This document shows positions 1-10,680 of a stretch of DNA of 64,000 nucleotides, in pieces. The notes under the pieces were generated by a model that did not search any database, was not told where the DNA came from, and saw only the letters and a program-made list of their open reading frames with translations. Made by a program: the position numbers and the translations under genes. Source of the stretch: Tubiluchus corallicola (taxonomy: Eukaryota > Animalia > Priapulida); the NCBI GenBank assembly GCA_030141605.1, contig JAQGDQ010000097.1:434001-498000 (forward strand). Direction: 5' to 3'. Numbering within the stretch: position 1 is the stretch's first letter; each line of letters starts with the position of its first letter.

Positions 1-13
1 TGATTTTATATCA

Positions 14-583
14 TTGAAAGGTGACCTTGGCACTTTATATTTAAAAGATGATGATGAGTACAAGCCGAATCAGCCAGACTCTGCAGACAAGGTTTTGCAA
101 TGCTGGAAAAGAAGACAGATCATCCTGAATACGTTTTGGGACATCTGGAGGAACGAGTATGTGTTGTCAATGAGGGAGTGCTATAACAAACCAATCAAGC
201 AATCAAGGTCAGCTCTAAAGTCAATGCCTAAAATAGGTGATGTAGTTCTGGTTCAGGATGATCTTCCAAGGAGTCAATGGAGAGTTGGGAGGATACTTTC
301 TCTAAAGCATAGCCATGATGAGATGTGCAGATCAGTTTCTGTGAGGCTACCTTCAGGCAATATCATCAATTGTTCTATTACCCAGCTTTACCCCCTTGAA
401 CTGCCTGTAACACAGACCAGTATTACAGATGCCAAGCAGTACAAAACAGATAACACTACACGGCACAAACAAATTAACACACCACAAATAGTTATAGAGC
501 CCACTAATAAGCGATCAAAAAGAAAGGCAGCTGCGAAAGCTGGTGACAAAATTCGAGGGTGGGTCGAGGACCTAAATTTGTAG
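14..583 (+). mobile_element. 3' end of BEL/Pao LTR retrotransposon polyprotein (post-integrase DUF5641-like domain), 5'-truncated by the window edge
   Basis: The translation has the BEL/Pao C-terminal pattern W..RQ.IL..FW..W..EY...PKIGDVVLV.D...R..W.VGRI...D...RSV.V...G....I..L.PLE. It is followed closely by a PPT and a TG-start LTR. Confidence 0.9.
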
Positions 584-616
584 GTAGGCTGTTCATGACA
601 TCTTCCCTTGGGGGAG

Positions 617-924
617 TGTGCTGACGCAATCAGAATGATCACGTGACCAGTGATTGTTTGGCGCACACGAGTCTGCATAAGGCGAGTGTAGAAAAAAGAG
701 CGGACATGTTGTTTAGATTACTAGTGTTATAAAAAGTTTCGTTAGTGTCTTTATTTGTGAAATTGTCATAGAAGTTTTTGTTTCACACCACAAGTTGTGT
801 AATACAGAAGATATCAATATACAAATTTTTGTGGCAAGTTTGACTGCTTTACGATTTTCGATATACAAGTAAATTATAGATAATTAGCTCTGAAACTTGG
901 GCGAAATGACAGGGCATCGCCACA
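617..924 (+). mobile_element. 3' LTR of the BEL/Pao element (about 308 bp)
   Basis: PPT gggggag (610-616) abuts TGTGCTGACGC at 617. An imperfect inverted terminus GCATCGCCACA ends at 924 (TG...CA). A TATAAAA lies near 728. Confidence 0.7.
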
Positions 925-1286
925 GTCACTTACTGACTTTAATATCATATGTGAATTAAGTTAGATAAGAAATAAATACAGGGTACATTATTATATAAAC
1001 AAGGATAGTAAATGATGTAGTAAGATTTGAGAAAAATAGTTTTAATTACACAAGGCACAAAAAAGCATCTTGCAAAAAATGCAACATAAAAATGTAATCG
1101 AGTGCATCATGAAAGAGAAACAGTAGCCTCAAAACAATGTAATGTGGACGCGATTGACGTACGTTGGACATCTATTCACTAATTTAACTGATGAACACTG
1201 ACAAAATAAGAATCGCATAGCAAAAACGAATCAAATTGCTTTGCAAGTAATATATGGAGCCCAATGCATTTGATTCATAATGTATT

Positions 1287-2183
1287 CATACCTGTCAACC
1301 TGTTATTAGCGTTGCCCTTATGGTCTTGCTAAACCTTATAAGACAGCACGGGACCTTACGGAATCTGAAAATATGTTAATTTGCTGGGAGCCAACAGAAA
1401 CAGACCAGTCACGAGATCGCATATCAGTCCACACAACAACAAAAAAATCATTGGAACATGATTTTATTGTCTTGTTTTCATGAAAAAAAAACTATTTAGT
1501 TATGGTGTGATATTATTTATGTATGCATATCAGATGGAATTTTGTAACAAACACTTAACTTTATATATACTTCTAACTATATACTAGAAAAATATATAGA
1601 AACATATATATTAAAAAAAGAAGACAAAACACACAAAAACGAGAGAGGGTTCAAGTTAATCTCACATTCTTCCTTATATCCTGTTATACAATCACTGAAT
1701 TACTTTACTGCAAAACTGAATGACGCTCGCACTTTCACATTTTTCCTACATGGAACACAAAACGAGTAGTCGGAGCCTTCTGACGAGGCTTTCACCCATC
1801 CAGCGTATGCTCCACCACAAAACTTTGGGCTCTCCCATTCTTTTAAATGATGTCCAGTTCCAGTTTTTTGCTTTTTCGCCGGAGGAACACGTTCGCTTGC
1901 CATGTTTTTTTTCACGAATGAAATAGCGGAAGTGGTTAACCGGATGTTAAAAATTATTAGCTGAGTGTGCGCAATGACAGCCTTTGAACGGAAGTAAGAT
2001 CGTCTGCATGAAAGTACCGATCGAAAAGGGAATATTCGATGCGATTATTTTCGCTGAGCAACATTTTGATTTTGCCGTATATTTTTCTTTTCGTCGTATG
2101 GATTTTCTTGTAAGCCGTATTGGGCCAAAAATGCATTTTTCCCGTACAGCAATACGGCCAAACCGTATAGGTTGACAGGTATG
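1287..2183 (-). mobile_element. Internally deleted hAT-like DNA transposon retaining the transposase N-terminus
   Basis: 15-bp TIRs CATACCTGTCAACCT / AGGTTGACAGGTATG and a 7-bp TSD ATGTATT (1280-1286, 2184-2190). A minus-strand ORF (about 1903-1700) MASERVPPAKKQK...EWE...YAGWVK...SFCVPCRKNV resembles an NLS plus a truncated zinc finger of hAT transposases. The superfamily call is inference. Confidence 0.8.
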
Positions 2184-2199
2184 ATGTATTATTCATGGT

Positions 2200-2590
2200 A
2201 AAGATAAAAATCAAAGAAAGAATAGCAGAAGAGTTCAAACAAAAATAGAAATAAAGACTAAACTAAGGTTCCCGAAGAAGATATTTGGAAAACAGCATTA
2301 TATAGGGAAATGTAGAGTCAAGAAGGCAAGAACTGTGATGAAAATTTTATTAAATATGGTAAGAGTAAAAAATAATTACAAAGTATCGAATAAAGATGAT
2401 AAGATGTGTCCCTTGTGTGGAAGGAAAAGGACACAACAAAGCATCTATGTGTGAAGAGTAAATTCATTTAAACAAAAGAGGAGTTCAAGCCCTAGACATT
2501 GTGCAAACAAATGTATAACTACTACTGAGAAGAATAAAGGATGTTGCATTGGACATCATGGAATTTAGAAAGCAACAAATAAAGAACTAA
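2200..2590 (+). mobile_element. Degenerate LINE 3' fragment (C-terminal Cys/His knuckle)
   Basis: The frameshifted translation KTKLRF...LNMVRVKNNYK...DDKMCPLCG..DTTKHL is similar to the opposite-strand copy at 4300-4560. Confidence 0.6.
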
Positions 2591-3130
2591 AGATAGGGTG
2601 GCTGACGCGCGCCGCCATATTGTGGGAGATGAAGGTAGAACATCATTTTCTGGCATATTTCGGTTATCAGTCTTCAAACAATATGAAAGTAAATTAAAAA
2701 TCAAATTAATACAGTTAAGCTACTGTTGTCGGTCTTTTATCTACCGAAATTTAATTTTCCGTACTGTCCCAAGTTTTGAGCAGGAAACTTGTGAAGTTGT
2801 CAAAAACGGCTTTACTGCAATCGATACGTCAGCGTGACATCAAAAATGTACCCGATTTAAAAATTTCGATGGGTATTTTCAAATCAATTTGCGGCCCCGA
2901 CTAACAGCTTCATTTTCGATATTATCAGACTTACCTGGGTAAAAAAGGTCTTTACTTTAGTACTAAAGATAATGTGTTGCTCACACCCACAGAATAGTGC
3001 CTGCCAGTTGCTACGTCCATCAACTTAGTGAATGGGCGTACAAAATTACGTCCATCGCGTCCAAAATTAGGAAGACCAGTAATAAAGGCCTTTTGTATTT
3101 TGAAACAACTTTTCTTCCACAGTATGTGAT

Positions 3131-4072
3131 GTTGGGAGCCGTTTGGACCACTGCGCCAAGTAGACCAATTGGTCTACTTGGGCTAGCCTAAGTAGACCGC
3201 GGTCTACATGGGCTGCCCAAGTAGGACACTAGAGACAGGTCGTGAATTCAGTCGTTAAGTGTACTGACACCGTCCGTTGTGCTTGTTTATATAATAATAA
3301 TAATTAAAAACGTTAATACACGTTGAATAATTTATTATACATCTAATAAAATAAAAGAATTTTATTCTGAGCTGGTAGAACGGACAATATTAAATTTGGT
3401 TTCGATATTAATGTTGTTGAAGTGAAAAAAACTCACTTTTTTGCGAATTCAACATTTGTTTAAGGTATATCATTTTTGATTTTGTCTCACTTCACAAACA
3501 GGTGATCCGTTTCACTACCTCTTGGGCAAATAATTGTTTTCTTATAAGTAAACGTTCTAGCGATCTATGTGTCCTACATGGGCTAGCGAGCCATGTAGGA
3601 CAGTGCCCTACTTGTTACAATACTACTGATAATATTAAAACTAATTATCCTTGCTTTTCTTAAATGTTAAAAATTACTTTTTGGTGTTGTGAAGGCTTAG
3701 CAGCATCTGTCTCATTTTTAAATTTGCAATTATTTCTGTAATAACTGTGTGCAGAATTTCTCTCTTTAAAGCATTAGATACTAGGTTTAATGTTATGATA
3801 TATTAATGGAGTTAATCATAATGATGAAATTATTGTAAGAAATGCATTTGTCAATTGCCAAGGAATATCAATTTCTAAAAGAAATTTTGTTTTATGCTTT
3901 ATTATGTCATAACAATACTTATAAACAATGGTAATATAAACTGGAAACAAGTTTTGCCAGAGCAAGTTTCTCGACAAAAATCGCTAGTGTCCTACTTGGG
4001 CTGCCCATGTAGGACACTACTTTTAGCGCATCAAGTGGTCTACTTGGCGCAGTGGTCCAAACGGCTCCCAAC
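3131..4072. mobile_element. Non-autonomous TIR element (MITE) with palindromic subterminal repeats
   Basis: An approximately 37-bp TIR GTTGGGAGCCGTTTGGACCACTGCGCCAAGTAGACCA occurs at both ends, flanked by the direct repeat ATGTGAT (3124-3130, 4073-4079). The interior is AT-rich and non-coding. Confidence 0.9.
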
Positions 4073-4199
4073 ATGTGATATCTTAAAAATATTGCGCGAA
4101 AGAGATTTAAAGCGCTCGCTAACCAATAAATTATAAATTATCGACAACATTGCTAACGACCACTACTGTTTCCGACCAGTACACTAGGGAGATGAGGCG

Positions 4200-4562
4200 A
4201 TTCACAGCGGATGCTCTAATATTTCTATCCGGCTCCTGTATATCCACGTCGTAAAGGAGCAAGCCAAAAAGCAAACTGTATCCTGTTACGCTGTTGTTCT
4301 TACACCTCTACATTGAGCCCCATAATTTCTCTAAATTTCATCACTTGCCTGATCCTGACTTTGACTCGTGCTAGTCTGGCCATGTTTACTGAACATAGAT
4401 CTTCTTCGTTCACTACATGATTTCCAAACACGTTTTTAGCTATTTCACATTTCAGCAGATGTTCAGTCGTATCACATTCCTTCACACACAGTGGACACAT
4501 TAAATCATCCTTACATTTATTTTTATAATTACACTTTAATTTGATCATATTTGGACACATTA
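4200..4562 (-). mobile_element. 5'-truncated LINE 3' end
   Basis: ORF segment NMIKLKCNYKNKCKDDLMCPLCVKECDTTEHLLKCE matches the CxxC...H...C knuckle at the C-terminus of non-LTR ORF2. The stop is at 4300. Confidence 0.7.
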
Positions 4563-6209
4563 TCAGTAAATAACAACAAAATACACATATCCTCACAAGC
4601 ATCTGACAGATTGCATGACTTGCAATTTTTGATAACCACCATGAACACTTTTGACTTGCAAACTATTGCAACCAAAAAGCATTGTTTCCAAGAACTTTAC
4701 AGTTTGTGTTTTTCTAGGCAAAAACAGCTGATAAAAAATTATGTGATTAAACAGGGAACTTTCTTTGTTTTCCAACCATGCATGATGGTGAAGATAAACT
4801 GAATTGTGGTGCAAGCAGTCAAACACTGTACGTTGCAACAGAAATGTTAAACGACACTAAATTGGAGATACAATATCTTTTTCCAACGATACGTTATTCA
4901 TCATCTGTTTTCCAGATGGTACGATAGAATAAGATAAATTGGAATGGTAAAACTATGCTGAATGTGTGGTTAGTTATACTGTATGGTTGTCTTAATTTAT
5001 TGCAACGGGGTATTTTTGTAAACTGTTTCGCAATTAATGTACAGAATCTGATACATGTAATTTATGACAATCCTCTCTTTTTTGGCCAAAAAATAATATT
5101 AATGTTTGAGCTGTGGCAGATGGTAAGTATTTACGCTTAGACGTATTCCTACAAAATATGTTCACTTACATGAGACGCACTAGCTGCTTATAACTGGGGA
5201 ACATGCCTCAAAAATGCTGCTATTGACAACCGTGCTGCTCTAAACTGATTGAAGACAGCCACTATATGGCAGAAATATTGTATAAGAAAGCAAACTGAAT
5301 AACCTTATAAAAACTCCTTTTCATTTTTTGGTAATTCCCACGCATGTGCATATGCATTTGATACAATAGCCATTTTCCTAGAGTAATAGTGATATGATTG
5401 TAATGATAAAAACAAATTTTTCATATTGATGCAATAATCAACAATTATTATTGACACAAGACTTACTGACACAGATAGTTATTCTTAACATCTTTGCGTT
5501 GCCACCACATGAGCACTGCCAGCACCGAAATGTGAAGCAAAGTAGTGCTCGAACAATCCGCCTAATGGAAGATTATTGTCAGTGACACAGAATTAATTAA
5601 ATTTTTGTGTGGAAACTGAGAGGCAGAAAGTGTGAAAAGGCTATGGTACAGCCTGGGCTAATACCAGCATCCTCCTTCTGTTTAGAAGGCAGGTGCCTTT
5701 ATAAGATCACTATGCCACTATATCTCTGGTGATCACGGCAGTCCAAAATTCATTGGACTATTGTCCAATTGGATAATTAATTGGATTATTTTTTAATTTC
5801 ACTAAATTTGAGCTTGAAATTAATTGCCCTTATATGGGCATTTCTTTCAGTTTGCCATCAATTTTTTTTAATAATTGGATAGTTGACATGGATTTGTTGG
5901 AAACTAAGTTGATTTAATGTCAGAATTTATTATAATGCCTACATCATCTTGTAAATAAGCTTCCCTTAGATGTAACGTAATGTAATGTAATCTGTTCAAG
6001 CTAAGCAAAAGTAGTGATTGATGTCATGGAACATATCTGATTGAGAGATCAGTCTGGTGTTGCTGACGTCACTTAGACAAGATGCTTGTAACTACGTATT
6101 TGGAAATCGAGAGTTAACTTTGTAAGTTTGACTTGAGATGCCTGGAGCTAAGAGCGAAGAGTTGTTTACGGGCTTCATTACACATCACTGAAAATTTGCG
6201 GAAAGCAAT

Positions 6210-6887
6210 GTCGTACATGGGCAGCCCAAGTAGAGCACTAGCGATTTCTGTGGAGAATCGAGATTTATGACATAATAAAACATAATACTAAATTTGTTTT
6301 TTGGAAAAAAGTAACTTTATAATAATGACGGATAGTCCTTGACAATTTACAAATGTATTTTTTACAACAATATCATCATTATTATTAGCTCCATTAATAT
6401 AATCATAACATTAAACTAAGTATCTAATGCTTTAAAGAGAGAAACTATCTTGGGCACATAGCTCGCTAGCCAGTTTGCTTAGTAGAAAACAATTATTTGT
6501 TCAAGAGGTAGTGAAACGAATCACCTGTCTGTGAAGCAAGACAAAATAAAAAATGATATACCTTAAGCAAATGTTGTAATCGCGTAAAAAGTGCGCTTAT
6601 TTCTCTTCAAAGAATATTAATATTTACAAAATACTAGCTCAGAATAAAATTCTTTTATTTTATCAAATGTACAATAAATTATTCAACGTGTATTGACGTA
6701 TTTAATTATTATTATTACATAAACAAGGACAACGGCAGGTGCCAGACTGCCAGTACGCTTAACGACTTAATTCGCGACCTCTCTCTAGTGTTCTACTTGG
6801 ACTGCCCATGTACGACGCGTTCCCTCTTGGGCTAGCCCATGTACGCCAATTGTCCTACTTCGGCTAGTGGTTTACTTGGCACCCAAC
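6210..6887. mobile_element. Diverged, inverted copy of the MITE at 3131-4072
   Basis: Reverse-complement similarity extends throughout, e.g. ctcagaataaaattcttttattttat vs ataaaataaaagaattttattctgag, and tatctaatgctttaaagagagaaa. It ends in cccaac; the other TIR is missing. Confidence 0.85.
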
Positions 6888-7099
6888 GTGGGTGTTAAAT
6901 ATTTAATCGTATGATCTATAGTATAGCCAAGTTTCAACTGTTAGAGTGCATTGGTAGCAAAAACTACGGTACTGTATTGTTATTTGTAGTATAATGGATA
7001 CCTGCAAAAGCGTGGTAAAAATGACTGAAATTAATCCATGTAGAGGGATTACAAAAGCCTTAATTTTTACTCTGCAATTCGATTAGTAATTGTTTATTG

Positions 7100-7432
7100 T
7101 CTGTTCAGTGTTCATAGAGCTAGTAAATATTGGGCAGGCGTGTGACTCGTGTTTGATGGTAGGTTAGCAGTAGGGTCCTTTCAGCTCGCGTCGCGCCCGC
7201 GGTGCATTTGTGCACATTTCAGAGAAACGCATGGTACGATATCCCATATTGATTTTTTGCTGTATCAAAGCCAGGCTTTATTCCAGAAATAATGTGCTTG
7301 ATTCATTTTATTCAAACGTCTAATTACGTGGTGTTATACTCATTAATGCAAGTCGTTGACAATGAATTTTCTCTTATTTTAAAATGAAGTGGGCAATATT
7401 TTAGCATAATTTTTGTGTTAGTGAATTGAATA
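7100..7432 (+). promoter_or_regulatory. Putative COA5 promoter/5' UTR region with a possible non-coding first exon
   Basis: Donor-like G|GTAGGT near 7158, a CpG cluster gctcgcgtcgcgcccgcgg at about 7184-7202, and acceptor-like attttag ending at 7404. Confidence 0.45.
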
Positions 7433-10185
7433 ATGCCACGTGTGTATGTAGAACCTGATGATCTTCAGTTAGAAGATAAGCGTTCATGTGGAGGAATCCG
7501 CGCTGATCTTAAAACTTGTTTGCTAGACAGCCCATGTGTTAAAAGAGTGCGTTACTCTAAAGTGCATTAGTACCAGATTTTTTCGAAAATGTTAGCTGTA
7601 AATTCCTACTTTGCCTTACCTTAAAATACCTTCAAGTTCGGGTCTTTTGCTCGTCAGATTATAAAACTTCTAGCCAAATTTTGAGCAAATGTCAGGCATC
7701 GGGTACCTTATAATTGTAGACCAGATCCTTCTTTACCCAGTATTTATCCAGCTTGTTTTTAGAAACATTTAATCTTGGTGCAGATACAATATCTTTTGGC
7801 AAATGTTTAATCTTGGTGTAGATACAACATGTTCTGGCGAATTATTCTGTGTGCGTACAACTTTAAACGGAAATCTGTTAAGACGTATTGACTTATTTGC
7901 TCCAAATGTGCTCCGTTTTCAAGTGGTGGCTTCTCGTAGTGCTTTTAGAAACGTCTAACTTAAGATGTGGTTTATAATTCCTTACCGCATCATACTTCTG
8001 TGTCTGAAGTCTATAAGTTTCCCCTTAATCGAGTTAGAATTGGTATTTTTATACATTTTAGCTTTTTTTCATATGCCAATCCTTACAAGTCAGTCTGTGT
8101 TCTTGTTATGTAATGCTGTGTTTGCTTAATAGGATCGAACAGCTTAGCAATTGAATCATGCCATATCGAACTGGAGAACTCTAAAAGAAGTCTAACCAAT
8201 AAATAGGTTTTACGTGAATTTGTATATAAACCCTGTTGTTCTGTATTGTGCATAAATGTTTAACACCTAATAATGATCTTCGCATTCTGACTCTTCTTTA
8301 CTACTTCTCAGTGGTGTTCCAGACATTTAGAAACTTTTAATACACCACTGACTTCCCTGCACATGAATTAGAGCAGAACCATTTAAACACTTGGTTGGCA
8401 GCCATGTTGTATATGTCATTATCATATTCTAAGCATTCCGTATAGGTCCACTTGTCACATAACTGACATGAAAGTGCTTTTGAATTGAATCTCCACAAAC
8501 TTTGCATTTAGCAATATCCTGATCTTCGTCATTATTAGTAGTTAGGGCTTCATTATATGTGCCTTTAGAGGTGTCAGAGGTTTTATGATTCGACAGAGCG
8601 AATAAGTATCAAAATTCGAAAATACACAGAGAACTTTGAAGATCTGGTCCATGCTGTTCTACGGAATATGGGAAATCTGGATTTGGCGTCTGCCAAGTCT
8701 CATTTCATTTCATCATAATGCCAATAGTTATGCGAGTGTAGTATGGTATACAATAATTAACCCAATCTAGTTAATTGGTCTGATCAGCCTATTGAATGCT
8801 ATTAGATTTTCATAGACTTTTCTAGCGAAAGTGATGAGTAATTTGCAGTTTAACTAGTTCGTTTGGATCAATAAGTACGTAAATTGAGTCAGCACCTTTT
8901 TGAAGATTAAGTTTATTAATGCGGCGGTGGCACATCTTAGTTATTCTTGCTGTTACCATAAATTATGTAGTTTATTGCTGTCACCTTTAGATTTCTCTGC
9001 AACCATTCTGATTTCTTCATATAATTGTGTTCTTAATTTGAATTAAATTTTAACTATATGTAAACATTCGAATATTCATTTGAATATATATGTTTCATGC
9101 CCAGTACCAACGTACTGACAGTTAACGTTGCATTTACGTTTTTAGGATGGCAGAACACCAAAAGAGTGCTTGATGATTAAAGACGATTCTAGTGTTCCTC
9201 TTGAATGTCAGCAGTTACGGCAACTCTTTTTTGAATGCAAACGCTCTCTGGTAAGTATGGTGATGCAAACCAGCAAACTATCAGTTATTTTTAATTAGGA
9301 AAATTAGAAAACTCTTGTCTGTTTACGTAGCTAACACTGTTGGTTATGCACTTTTAATTTCACGTCTTTGTTTCTCAAATTCATAATTGTCGGTTTACAC
9401 TGATTGCTCATTGAAAATTGGCCCAGTATTCAAAATCAAGCTGCAAGACTTGTGCTATCAAATTTTTTCATAGTTTAAAGCTCTGAAAACTTTGCATGTA
9501 AGCTGTTGGTTATAGTGTATAAATGTCTTCACGAGATGGCTCCTCAACACCTGTCTAGTCTGTTGTCTGAGCAGTATCCATACAGGACAAGATCAGCTTG
9601 TTATTCTTAAAATGGTTCTTTCAGAATGAGCCATTTCGTAGATATAATCTTTTGCAGATTAATCATTTTCTGCTGCAGGCCCGAAAGAACGGAAACTGCC
9701 TCCGGATGCTACTTGTAGCTGTGACTCTTTATTAAGTTTTAGGAAAAAAGTGAAAACTCGTGTTTACAAGCTTTTAATTAATTCATTGTCATTTTAGTGT
9801 AATTTGTATTTTTGTATAGCTACTGTGTAGGGTTGTAATTTGCAACACATGTTTTTTATTTAATAAAGCTATTTCTCTATGTACCACGCTATTGAATATC
9901 TCATAAAGTGATGTGTGCCTTCTAAGTGTATTTATGATGATGATGGTGAGATTGACGATGATGCTGATGATAATAACAATAATAGTAAGTTGCTCAGGAT
10001 ATTAAGATTGAGTTTGAGGAATCTTGTAAAGTCTATTAGTTTTGAGTTGTATATAAATGACGTTTTGTGCTAATTGTCCAAACAAATATTAGTCTTTATA
10101 ATGTTTCTAGACAGCTTTGTAAAGAAAATGTTGTTTTTTTTAGCTGGACAACAGGCAACGATTCCGGGGCAGGAAAGGCTACTAG
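7433..10185 (+). CDS. COA5: Cytochrome c oxidase assembly factor 5 (Pet191 family, twin Cx9C-type), 86 aa, 3 coding exons
   Basis: Exons 7433-7546, 9146-9250 and 10144-10185 are joined by GT-AG phase-0 introns. They give MPRVYVEPDDLQLEDKRSCGGIRADLKTCLLDSPCVKR|DGRTPKECLMIKDDSSVPLECQQLRQLFFECKRSL|LDNRQRFRGRKGY*. The C-terminus FECKRSLLDNR.RFRGRKGY is characteristic of COA5. Confidence 0.95.
9390..9870 (+). mobile_element. Degenerate L2-type LINE 3' end in COA5 intron 2
   Basis: Remnant motifs LH.L.I, LLVIVYKCLHEMAPQHLSSLL, FSAAGPKE..LP and FRKKVKT, followed by AATAAA near 9862. Confidence 0.6.
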
Positions 10186-10680
10186 TTTTACACAAAGTGC
10201 TTGTTGATTGTCTGCATGAGATAAGCAAGGATATAGACTTGTAGCATTAGATATTATGTGTTATATGGCATGCAACTTAGTAAGTGTAGGTTATTCCGTT
10301 CTTCTGAAATAATTTGGTTTTACACCGAAAGCAAACTTAAAATACTAACAAAAGTGTGTTCTTAATGACATTAAAAACAACTTCTAGTCTCGCTGCCAGA
10401 ATTAATGTATGCATGATTATTACTGCATTTTCTTGAATTCTTGGGGTTTGCATACTTCGTATTGTGGTATTTGTGAACTAACTTAATATTCGTGCCCCAT
10501 AGAGGTGGAATTTTCGAAAGCTCATCAAATGACCTACTCAGCACCTTGATGATACATAAATTTAAACAGCTTTTATGTAACAGCAATGATTGTTTTGTAA
10601 GGAAAGAAAGCTCCTGATTTTGAAGGTTCTATTAGTGTTATATTGTTGAGTAGAAATCAATATTCAACTTGGAAGCGATT

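Noticed and set aside
3131-6887. Composite transposon formed by the inverted MITE pair
   Set aside because: Copy 1 has its own TSD, the outer flanks do not match (atgtgat vs gtgggtg), and the copies are diverged, so they are independent insertions.
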